Positions 16,861-25,563 of a stretch of DNA of 64,000 nucleotides are shown here, one piece after another. The notes under the pieces were generated by a model that saw only the letters and a program-made list of their open reading frames with translations, did no database searches and was not told the DNA's origin. The stretch spans positions 4,986 to 68,985 of the forward strand of contig CAKRGF010000010.1 in NCBI GenBank assembly GCA_934322085.1. The letters are read 5' to 3'. Position numbers and translations under genes: made by a program. Numbering within the stretch: the first letter of the stretch is position 1; each line of letters starts with the position of its first letter. This DNA comes from an uncultured Eubacterium sp. (GTDB taxonomy: Bacteria; Bacillota; Clostridia; Lachnospirales; Lachnospiraceae).

Positions 16861-17928
16861 ATGGAACGTTTAGTGGAAATATTAAGAAAAGCAGTCTCTG
16901 ATGGGGCATCGGATATTTTTATTGTTGCCGGTGGTGCATTGAGTTATAAGGTGGATGGTGAGATTCATCCAATGGAAGCTTCGGCAGGACGTCTGATGCC
17001 GGATGATACAAAGGTGCTTTTAGATGAAATTTATGAGTGTGCCCGCCGGGAGAAAACTCATTTTTTAAAAGAAGGAGACGATGATTTTTCCTTTGCGATT
17101 GAGGATTTGGCGAGATTTCGTGTGAATTCATATTTTCAGCGTGGTTCACAGGCGGCGGTTATTCGTGTTGTTTCGTTCCAGATTCCGGATTATAAGGAAT
17201 TAGGGATTCCGGAAGAGGTAATTGCCCTGTCGAAATTACAGCATGGCATGATTATTATTTCAGGAACGGCTGGAAGCGGAAAATCGACGACACAGGCGTG
17301 TATCATTGATGCGATTAACAAAGAGCGTGAGGCGCATATTATTACGCTGGAGGATCCGATTGAATATTTGCACCGCAATCAGAAATCATTAATCAGCCAG
17401 CGTGAAATTGCGATTGATACCGAGAATTATCTGACCGGGCTTCGCGCGTGCCTGCGTCAGGCACCGGATGTTATTCTGTTAGGGGAAATGCGTGATGCGG
17501 AAACGATTCGTACGGCGATGACCGCAGCAGAAACCGGACATCTCGTTATTGCAACACTGCACACCAAGGGTGCGGTAAATACGATCGACCGAATTGTAGA
17601 TTCCTTCCCGGCAGACCAGCAGGACCAGATTAAAATCCAGCTCTCGCTTGTGTTAGACTGCATTGTTTCCCAGCAGTTACTGCAGAGAGAAGGCGGCGGC
17701 ATGATTCCGGCAGTGGAGATTATGAAAATTGTGCCAGCGATTCAGAACATGATTCGAGACAGTAAAAACTATCAGATTGATAATGTCATTCAGACGTCTG
17801 GAGAACAGGGAATGGTTTCGATGGACCAGTACATTTTGAAACTGTACCGGAAAGGTGAAATCAGCGAAGAAACCGCACTTTTATCCGCCATTAATCCAGA
17901 GCAGTTAAAGAGAAAATTAAGCCGGTAA
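16861..17928 (+). CDS. pilT: PilT-family type IV pilus (twitching/retraction-type) ATPase
   Basis: Has Walker A GTAGSGKSTT, ITLEDPIEYLH, Walker B VILLGEMRD, a His box and the C-terminal PAIQNMIRDSKNYQI motif like PilT AIRNLIRE. The ATG is at 16861. Confidence 0.85.
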   Translation: MERLVEILRKAVSDGASDIFIVAGGALSYKVDGEIHPMEASAGRLMPDDTKVLLDEIYECARREKTHFLKEGDDDFSFAIEDLARFRVNSYFQRGSQAAVIRVVSFQIPDYKELGIPEEVIALSKLQHGMIIISGTAGSGKSTTQACIIDAINKEREAHIITLEDPIEYLHRNQKSLISQREIAIDTENYLTGLRACLRQAPDVILLGEMRDAETIRTAMTAAETGHLVIATLHTKGAVNTIDRIVDSFPADQQDQIKIQLSLVLDCIVSQQLLQREGGGMIPAVEIMKIVPAIQNMIRDSKNYQIDNVIQTSGEQGMVSMDQYILKLYRKGEISEETALLSAINPEQLKRKLSR

Positions 17929-19830
17929 TTATTTTATAGTATTCGGAAGGACGAATCGCACAACAAAGATTCCGTCCTTTGGCTCAAAGGAAATAACACC
18001 CTTTGCCTTGTCAACGATGAGGCGGGCAGACTGGGTACCGATACCCATACCGGAATGTTTTGTTGAGAAGAACCGATTCGCTTTTTGAATGGGTTCTTTT
18101 TTGCAGCTATTTTCAATCATTGCAACAATGTTGTTTTTCTGTGGCTGGATCTGAATTCGGATATACGCATTTTCTGGTACCTGGCTTGCGGCCTCCCATG
18201 CATTTTCCAAGAGATTACCAAACAAAATCGAAAAGTCAGTGTCGGGAATCGACAGCGTTTCTGGAAGGTTTGCCAGACATTCGAATGCTACGCCATTGTT
18301 TTTGCAGAGTGTCTGATAGTATTGTAAAATCGCATCCGCAAGCATATTACGGCATAATACGATACGTCCTTTCTGCTCTCTCTGCTCTGCGTATTGTGCC
18401 AAATATTCCAGTGCTTTTTCGCGTTCATTATTTTGCAGATAGGTCGTAACAGTCTGCATGTGGTGGCGGTGGTCGTGGCGCAGGCGAATCGATTCGTCAA
18501 TGCGCTCCGTAAGCTCCTGATAGTGCGCTTTCTGAATTTCAATCTGCTTTGCCAGATAATGAGTCTCTTCCTCTAACAAAAGTTTTGCACGGTAGGTTTT
18601 CGATAAATCCTGCCACAATTCATAGCCGATAGAAACGACCAGCAGAAAAGTGCCAATTTCCTGAAACCAGCCGCCGTAAATCGGTTCGTAGCCCGGATAC
18701 ATACGGTCAGCAGTCAAAGAGGCGGCAAACAAAACAGTACCGATTAAGAGAATTGGTGACGCGTGCAATTCTTTCTGGTACGAATAGTATGCGTGGAATA
18801 AAAGCAAAAGAGCACAGCCTGCTTTGTACAAAAATAAAAATTCAGAATACAGTTTGGCGAAATGTGTGCTGCCGTGTAAAAACAGAGTGAATATAAGGGA
18901 TAAAAGCACACAGCTGCCAAAGATAAGCGTTTCGCGTCGAATCAATTTCTTAGGAAGGTTAAAAATTGTTCCCTGCAGCAAAACCATGCATGGATACATG
19001 GCGGTTAAACATGCAATTTCCAGTGGGTACCATGGGAAAACAGAAAAACTGCCATAGGAAAATAGAACTGGATATAGGGAAATAACGAAAAATAAGCCAC
19101 ATAAAATGGTAAAAATCAGTGCGTTTTTGTGCTTTAGCCGGCAGAAAAAAAACAGCGAGCAGGCGGCAAAAAGAAAAATAGCTGTGAGCGTAATGCCGGA
19201 AATGAAAAGTTTTGTAGAAAGATATTTCTGAATGGCAGTAATCGTTCCAAAGGCAGGCGGATAGGTAATACCACTGTAAATGTGCGAATAATTGGTCACA
19301 ATAATGGTAATATGGACAGTGCCGGATGCGGTAAAAGAAATCTCTCGATTACCAATTAAATCTTTATAATGCGCTGGGTCAGGGTTTCCCTGCGAACAGA
19401 CTTTTTCCTCATTTAGGTACAGTGTATAAGCGGAAAAAATTTCTGGCAGATACAAAGAATATGTCCGCGCCGTGTCCGGGAGAGATAGTGTTAAGCGATA
19501 GGTGGCAGTGCCATTCGAAGCCTCAGAAGTGTTGCCAAGACTGAAATTGCCAAATGAGCCAAGGGTTAAAAAAGTGCCTCCCGTTACTTTTTTTTCATTA
19601 AAATCGGAAGGCGTATATTGTTTGCCCGGGAAAAAGTTCCACTGATGGGCAAGGAAAATTACGGAATCACCGGATAAGTCGGCATCGGAACAAAACATGA
19701 CACCGCCCATCGGGTAAACCGGATTATTTTCATATTTGTTATTGTAATAGAATAGAAAGTGTGCAAGAAGCAGAAAGGAGGCAAAAGGAAGAAACAAAGC
19801 GAGAAATAGTTTAACAAAGCGAGGTTTCAT
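17929..19830 (-). CDS. sensor histidine kinase (LytTR-partner HPK10/AgrC-like GHKL) with 7TMR-DISM-like N-terminus
   Basis: It has a periplasmic domain of about 190 aa, multiple TM helices, the H-box RLRHDHRHHMQ and C-terminal GMGIGT. ATG 19830 lies 1 nt after the upstream stop. Confidence 0.8.
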   Translation of the reverse strand: MKPRFVKLFLALFLPFASFLLLAHFLFYYNNKYENNPVYPMGGVMFCSDADLSGDSVIFLAHQWNFFPGKQYTPSDFNEKKVTGGTFLTLGSFGNFSLGNTSEASNGTATYRLTLSLPDTARTYSLYLPEIFSAYTLYLNEEKVCSQGNPDPAHYKDLIGNREISFTASGTVHITIIVTNYSHIYSGITYPPAFGTITAIQKYLSTKLFISGITLTAIFLFAACSLFFFCRLKHKNALIFTILCGLFFVISLYPVLFSYGSFSVFPWYPLEIACLTAMYPCMVLLQGTIFNLPKKLIRRETLIFGSCVLLSLIFTLFLHGSTHFAKLYSEFLFLYKAGCALLLLFHAYYSYQKELHASPILLIGTVLFAASLTADRMYPGYEPIYGGWFQEIGTFLLVVSIGYELWQDLSKTYRAKLLLEEETHYLAKQIEIQKAHYQELTERIDESIRLRHDHRHHMQTVTTYLQNNEREKALEYLAQYAEQREQKGRIVLCRNMLADAILQYYQTLCKNNGVAFECLANLPETLSIPDTDFSILFGNLLENAWEAASQVPENAYIRIQIQPQKNNIVAMIENSCKKEPIQKANRFFSTKHSGMGIGTQSARLIVDKAKGVISFEPKDGIFVVRFVLPNTIK

Positions 19831-19831
19831 C

Positions 19832-21361
19832 TTAATGTTTCCTTTCTTTTTTGTGGTAGACAAAACAACCAGTCGATACCAGCACGAGCGCAATGGCACC
19901 TAAGATTACGAGACGCGGTATGCGGTTTCTTTTTACCGGTAGATTTTGTCTGGGAGAACCAGGTGGCTTATAAACGCCCGTTTTGTCAATTGTGCGGGTT
20001 TTATTCTCCTGTTTCCAGGTCAGATGGCTGTTTGGGATCTCCGTTAGTATTTTGCCAGCGGCGCGGACGGTAAGTGTTACCTCTTTTCCGGAACCGGGAA
20101 CAATGCTTACTGTCAGCAGTTCATCGTCTTTTAGATTCAGCGATAGAAGGTAATCAGTCGGAATCTCAAGCATAATATTGTCATAAGTAAACGGAACATA
20201 GTTTGGGTTTGATTCCGCAATTAGGTGAAGTCGTTTTCCGGATAATGAAATGCGGTTAGAACCAACTTGTTCTACTGCCTTTTTTTCACTTGCATGGGAA
20301 GTGGTGGCACTGTCCGCAGTGTCCTTTTTTGTCGATGCTGTTGTACTTGTACTATCACTGGATTTTTCTGTACTGCTTGTAATACCGGTAATCATTCCCT
20401 CTGATTTTTTGACAGAAGAAGATTTCTCCTTTTTTTTCTCGTGTGCCGTTTCTTTTTTTGGATTGGAAGAAACAACTGTCTTTTTAGAAGGAACGGATGT
20501 CGCTGGAATTATAATTGCCGCAGTGGCGGTCGGTTTTGGTACAGCCGTGTTATTTGCGTCCTGCCCGTTGTTTGGTGTCGATATCGGTGAAGTAATCTCA
20601 AATGGGTCTTCGGAAGAAAAATCGCCGCCGTCACGGTCTCCCTCAATTGGTTTTGAAAGAACGAGGTCGCCCTTCTGCTCCAGACAAAGAATATTGGAGG
20701 TAAGGTTTTCATTTGTTAATTTTACATATAGATAGACGTCCTCTTCAAAAAAAGCGGACGATAACGTGACACCATCTGGTGTTGAACTAAAGTCTTCCGA
20801 AGATGTAATCGTTGTCCATTCTGCCTTGTCAAGCTGGGATTTGGTAAGGGCGTTTTTGGATTTTACATAAGCTCCCTTTATTGTGGAAAAATCCTTAAAA
20901 TGATGTACAAAACTCAGCGTTGTGTGGTGAAATGATGTAAAGGTCGAAAAAATTTCAAACTTCTCCGGGTCAGAGATACAGACCGGGATAGTATAGGTTT
21001 CGGAATAGTTCTCTGCCAGTTGGAACATTTCTTTGTCGTATTGCAAAGTCATAGTCATTTCATAGATGCCTTCTTTTTGCACATCAACCGAGCGGGTGTC
21101 ATAAGATGGTATCAGTTCCGTGCTCTCGTTTTCATTTTCGCAGACGGCGTAGAGAGGGCAATCACTGTAAGCCTGAATGATCTCGTCAAAAGAATCGGAG
21201 CCAACCGGACACATGAGCGGAGCAGATACAAGATCCAAGTCGTAAATTTCTGTAATGGTCAATTTGTCCTGTGTGGATGCCCACGCAAAAGAGACATTCC
21301 CCAAAAGCGAACTGAGAATGCCAAAAACTAGAAAATAAACAAGAATTGTTAATCTGCGCAT
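19832..21361 (-). CDS. surface protein with Ser/Thr/Lys-rich linker and C-terminal TM anchor, unknown function
   Basis: 509 aa; signal peptide, low-complexity STK-rich segment, C-terminal RLVILGAIALVLVSTGCFVY helix followed by HKKERKH. Confidence 0.6.
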   Translation of the reverse strand: MRRLTILVYFLVFGILSSLLGNVSFAWASTQDKLTITEIYDLDLVSAPLMCPVGSDSFDEIIQAYSDCPLYAVCENENESTELIPSYDTRSVDVQKEGIYEMTMTLQYDKEMFQLAENYSETYTIPVCISDPEKFEIFSTFTSFHHTTLSFVHHFKDFSTIKGAYVKSKNALTKSQLDKAEWTTITSSEDFSSTPDGVTLSSAFFEEDVYLYVKLTNENLTSNILCLEQKGDLVLSKPIEGDRDGGDFSSEDPFEITSPISTPNNGQDANNTAVPKPTATAAIIIPATSVPSKKTVVSSNPKKETAHEKKKEKSSSVKKSEGMITGITSSTEKSSDSTSTTASTKKDTADSATTSHASEKKAVEQVGSNRISLSGKRLHLIAESNPNYVPFTYDNIMLEIPTDYLLSLNLKDDELLTVSIVPGSGKEVTLTVRAAGKILTEIPNSHLTWKQENKTRTIDKTGVYKPPGSPRQNLPVKRNRIPRLVILGAIALVLVSTGCFVYHKKERKH

Positions 21362-21380
21362 AAAAAATGTCCTTTCTCGT

Positions 21381-22094
21381 TTACTGGTTTAACGAAAAAT
21401 CTAAAAAAATTTTTTTAGCCTGCGATAAATTCCGCCGGCTAATGGGTACTTCTTCCCCGTTATCAAGGATGAAGTGGTCTTTTTCCAATTCGCTCACGTA
21501 CTGTAAATTCACGATGACTCCTTTGGAACAAAGGAAAAAACGGGAATCACTGAGTAAGGGGGCGATGGTCTTTTGAAAATTTATTGCAGAAGACTGCCGT
21601 AAAACTTTTTTTTGCAAATGAACTTCCGTTGTTCGCATGACGGAAGATAAAAAGTACAAATCCGAATAAGGAATGTACAAAGGGGTACGATCCACCATAA
21701 GAGGCAGTTTCCTCGTCTCCTGGCGGAATTTGCGTAAAAATGGGTTTAAGGTATCTTCAAGTTTATCATAAGTAAGTGGTTTAAGTAAGTAGCGAAAAGC
21801 TCCTACTTCATATCCCTCGAGTGCATATTCCCGGCTGGATGTCAAAAAGATAATTGTGCAGCTGCATCCTGCATCCAACAATCCGCGTGCTGCATCCATG
21901 CCTGTAATCTTATCCATAAAAATATCGAGAAAGACAAGGTCAAAGGAATATCGGGAAATATCGGCCAAAAAAAGTTCACCGGATACAAATGGATAAATGG
22001 TAATGCTGATTCCGGTTAAGTCAAAAAAACGTATTAATAATTCCTGTAATAACTTTCGGTCGTCTTCATGATCGTCTACAATTGCAATATTCAT
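21381..22094 (-). CDS. LytTR-family response regulator
   Basis: 237 aa; canonical receiver (DD at N-terminus, FLDI phospho-Asp, LKP) plus LytTR DNA-binding domain. Confidence 0.9.
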   Translation of the reverse strand: MNIAIVDDHEDDRKLLQELLIRFFDLTGISITIYPFVSGELFLADISRYSFDLVFLDIFMDKITGMDAARGLLDAGCSCTIIFLTSSREYALEGYEVGAFRYLLKPLTYDKLEDTLNPFLRKFRQETRKLPLMVDRTPLYIPYSDLYFLSSVMRTTEVHLQKKVLRQSSAINFQKTIAPLLSDSRFFLCSKGVIVNLQYVSELEKDHFILDNGEEVPISRRNLSQAKKIFLDFSLNQ

Positions 22095-22257
22095 TGCTGC
22101 CTCCTATGATTTTGCGATACTTACCTATATAAAATATTAACAAATCCATAAGGCAGGGTCAAGCAATTTTTCATGCTCTATCCACAATTTTGCAAGGTTT
22201 CTTGCATGATAGGGAAAGAGCCGATACAATGAAAAAAATGAGAGAGGAGTATATAGG

Positions 22258-24183
22258 ATGAAAAGAAAAAAATATCAAAAATGGACAGCGCTGTTACTTG
22301 TTTTTAGTCTTGTTTTTTCTATGACTGGATGTGCAGATGAGGAACAGGAGAAGAAGCAGAGTTTCAGCAAAGATGATACGTGGGCGATTTATTGGTATCT
22401 TTGTGGTAGTGATTTGGAGAGTAATGCCGGTGCGGCGACGGCGGATCTTCAGGAAATGCTGCAGGTAAAACTTCCTGAAAATGTTAAAGTGGTAATTCAG
22501 ACAGGAGGAGCTTCAAAGTGGCAGAATGACCAAGTAAAGGCTGACCGGATTCAGCGTTATGAGTATAGTGGGAATGAACTTACATTAAAAGATGAAGCCA
22601 AGCAGGCGAATATGGGAGATCCGGAAACATTAAAAGGTTTTCTTTCTTATGCAGAGAAAAATTATCCGGCAGATCATAAGATGCTGTTATTCTGGAATCA
22701 CGGCGGCGGAAGTGTGAGCGGAGTTTCCTTTGATGAAAATTATGAGATGGATTCTTTGGTGTTAGACGAACTTTCGGTAGTCATGAAAGATGTATATGGT
22801 GACAAAAAGCCATTTGAGGTTGTTGGTTTTGACACCTGTCTGATGGCAACGGTAGATACAGCAAATGTATTTCAGAATTACGCATCCTATATGGTAGCGT
22901 CTGAGGAGACGGAGCCGGGAAATGGATGGCTGTACAGCGGATGGTTAGGAAAACTTGCGAAAAATCCGGCTATGAACGGTGCCGAACTTGGCAAGGCAAT
23001 TTGCGACAGTTTTAAACAGGGCTGTAAAGAAGTGGGTACGGATGCGGAAATTACTCTTTCTGTTACGGACTTGTCTAAGACACCGGCCATTATTGATGCC
23101 TTGAAAAATATGGGTAAAGTCGTTTTGAAAAAGGCGGAGAAAGACTCTTCTGTATGTGCAGAATTTGCCAGAAGTGCCACGAAAGCAGAAAATTATGGTG
23201 GTAATAATGACAAAGAAGGTTATACAAACATGGTTGACTTAGGGCATTTGGCAGAGAATGCAGAAGGGCTGATTGGCGAGAGCAAAGCGCAGATTGAAAA
23301 AGCACTTTCAGATGCTATCGTATATAAAATAAACGGAAATTACCGCCGTCATGCAAGTGGACTTTCGGTTTACTATTCCTATGATGGTGATCAGGAATCG
23401 GCAGCCCGCTACCAGCAGATTGCCGCAGAGAATATTTATTCCTCCTTTGTCAATTATTCCATCGGTGCCAATGTATCCGATGAGGCATTGAGTGAAACTG
23501 GTGTCGACGAAGTACAGGAAGTAAGCGAATTTGATGGTAACCTTGAGATGTCAATAAATGAAAATGACTATATCCAGTTGAACATTGACCCAGCAAAATT
23601 AGACAGTATTCAGAGCATTGCCTTTAATTTTGCTTATATCAGTGATGACGGAGATGCAATTGTATTTTTAGGAAAAGATAATGACTTAGAGTGTGACTGG
23701 GAGAATGGGGTATTCCAAGATAACTTCCGTGGTGTCTGGGGATCTATCAATGACAGAGAGTGTTACATGGAGTTAGTTTATGAGGGCGATGATTATAATT
23801 TGTATACCGTTCCGATTAAATTAAATGGAGAAGACAGTTATCTGAGTGTTGCCTATGATTATGAGTCAAAAGCTTTCTATATTCTTGGTGCGACTTCCGG
23901 TTTGGATGAATCCGGACAGGCGGCTAAAGATATGCGGCCATTGGAGAAAGGTGATAAAGTAGCCATTGTCTACTATGCACAGAGCCTGGAAGGGAATGAT
24001 GAAATTCAGGAAATGCCGGACGACGAGTTTACCTGGAAGGAAAGTTATGAATTTAAGGAAAAAGACTTGCCAGATGGAAAATATGCATTTACTTATGAAG
24101 TAACAGATGTTACTGGTAAGAGTACAATGTCGGATGTTGCTTTCCTGAATTTGAAAAATGGTGAGATTAAGCCAGAGTTATAA
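22258..24183 (+). CDS. clostripain-family (C11) cysteine peptidase lipoprotein
   Basis: 641 aa; lipobox SMTGC; His/Cys dyad contexts LFWNHGGG and VGFDTCLMA. Confidence 0.8.
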   Translation: MKRKKYQKWTALLLVFSLVFSMTGCADEEQEKKQSFSKDDTWAIYWYLCGSDLESNAGAATADLQEMLQVKLPENVKVVIQTGGASKWQNDQVKADRIQRYEYSGNELTLKDEAKQANMGDPETLKGFLSYAEKNYPADHKMLLFWNHGGGSVSGVSFDENYEMDSLVLDELSVVMKDVYGDKKPFEVVGFDTCLMATVDTANVFQNYASYMVASEETEPGNGWLYSGWLGKLAKNPAMNGAELGKAICDSFKQGCKEVGTDAEITLSVTDLSKTPAIIDALKNMGKVVLKKAEKDSSVCAEFARSATKAENYGGNNDKEGYTNMVDLGHLAENAEGLIGESKAQIEKALSDAIVYKINGNYRRHASGLSVYYSYDGDQESAARYQQIAAENIYSSFVNYSIGANVSDEALSETGVDEVQEVSEFDGNLEMSINENDYIQLNIDPAKLDSIQSIAFNFAYISDDGDAIVFLGKDNDLECDWENGVFQDNFRGVWGSINDRECYMELVYEGDDYNLYTVPIKLNGEDSYLSVAYDYESKAFYILGATSGLDESGQAAKDMRPLEKGDKVAIVYYAQSLEGNDEIQEMPDDEFTWKESYEFKEKDLPDGKYAFTYEVTDVTGKSTMSDVAFLNLKNGEIKPEL

Positions 24184-24203
24184 TATAAAAAGATTTTATA
24201 GAA

Positions 24204-24238
24204 AATGCAGAAACTTTACCGTTTCTGCATTTTTTTTG
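24204..24238 (+). terminator. rho-independent terminator
   Basis: aatgcagaaac-tttacc-gtttctgcatt followed by TTTTTTT. Confidence 0.85.
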
Positions 24239-24316
24239 CCGTTTTGACAGAAAACATAGGATTTATCAATAAAGTATGTTATTTTGGGAGCACGGAATCT
24301 TTTGAGGAGGGGTTTA

Positions 24317-25063
24317 ATGAGAATTTATTTATGTGATGAATCCGCAAAAGAGCGGGCGCAGATAAAAAATTGTATTGAAAAATATCTGTGCGGCAATTAT
24401 CAGGTAAGCATAAAGGAATTCGGCTCGGTTCAGCAGACATTGGCAGAGCTTCCATCAGGACCATCAAGTCTTATGATTATGAATCTTTCCGAACAAGAGA
24501 TGACAGATCCGGAGATTGTGAAACAGCTTCGGAGGAGAAAAAGTAATCAGAAATTGATTATGACAGCAACATCTGAACGCTATGCAATGGATGCTTTTTC
24601 CGTGTATGCAGATGGATTTTTGACGAAACCGTTTTCGCAGGAGCAGGTCGACTGTGCATTGAATCGCTTTAAAAGTATGTTTTACCGTATGAAAAAAAAC
24701 ATATCATTTATGGTCAACCGCACAATGAAAGATTTTTGCATGGATGAGATTATCTATATGGAAACGTGTGGTCACGCGACCATGATACATACGATTGATG
24801 GTAATTTTAGGACGAATTGTTCGTTAACCAAGGCAAAAATCAGAATCTCAGAAGAAGATGGATATTTTGTCAGCTGTGGAAAAAGTTATTATATCAATGC
24901 CAGCTATATTGAAGATGTTACCAAAAAAGAAATTATTTTACGGGGAGGTGAACATATTTTTATTCCGATTCGTTTGCAAAGAGAACTTTGCATAAAAGTT
25001 GGAGACTATATTGCACGAAGAGACGACAATTATGAAAAGTCCGTTGTCAAAAATGAAAGTTAA
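24317..25063 (+). CDS. LytTR-family regulator with degenerate (Asn-for-Asp) receiver domain
   Basis: ATG 24317 follows a gaggagg RBS. The receiver-like N-terminus has LMIMNLSEQ where the phospho-acceptor Asp is expected. The C-terminus is a LytTR domain. Confidence 0.7.
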   Translation: MRIYLCDESAKERAQIKNCIEKYLCGNYQVSIKEFGSVQQTLAELPSGPSSLMIMNLSEQEMTDPEIVKQLRRRKSNQKLIMTATSERYAMDAFSVYADGFLTKPFSQEQVDCALNRFKSMFYRMKKNISFMVNRTMKDFCMDEIIYMETCGHATMIHTIDGNFRTNCSLTKAKIRISEEDGYFVSCGKSYYINASYIEDVTKKEIILRGGEHIFIPIRLQRELCIKVGDYIARRDDNYEKSVVKNES

Positions 25064-25105
25064 TGATATTATCTTATAAAAAATTAAAATTTGGAGGATT
25101 AAAAA

Positions 25106-25558
25106 ATGAAAAAAGTAGTATCTGTTGTAGTAGTATTAGTAATGATGTTAAGTTTAGCAGGATGTGGTATTTCTTATGACGACATCAAAGGTGATTGGAC
25201 AGCAAAGACAATCAATGGTATGACAATTGATGAATATGCAGCATCACTTGGTGTTGATCCTAGTCAGGCAACTGTAAATGTAAATATTACAGAAGATGAT
25301 AAAATGACAATGACTACTACAAACGGCGAGACAAAATTTGATTATGAGAGACGTTCTGACGGAATTGAAGTTAAAATGGAAGGTAAAGATGAAGTTTACA
25401 TGTCCATGGCATATGACAAAGACAAGAAGACGCTCACATACAAATTAGATTTGGGAAATGGACAGACAATGGAAGTTGTTTTGGAAAAGGGAAAAGCTGA
25501 TATGACACCTGTTCAGCAGGACGCTCAGACAGAAGGAGCTACTGAGGCTGTACAGTAA
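25106..25558 (+). CDS. small lipoprotein, unknown function
   Basis: 150 aa; lipobox LSLAGCG. Confidence 0.65.
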   Translation: MKKVVSVVVVLVMMLSLAGCGISYDDIKGDWTAKTINGMTIDEYAASLGVDPSQATVNVNITEDDKMTMTTTNGETKFDYERRSDGIEVKMEGKDEVYMSMAYDKDKKTLTYKLDLGNGQTMEVVLEKGKADMTPVQQDAQTEGATEAVQ

Positions 25559-25563
25559 AGATT

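Noticed and set aside
20250-20735. 161-aa plus-strand ORF
   Set aside because: It is antisense to the Ser/Thr/Lys-rich linker of the surface protein gene. The open frame is a composition artefact.
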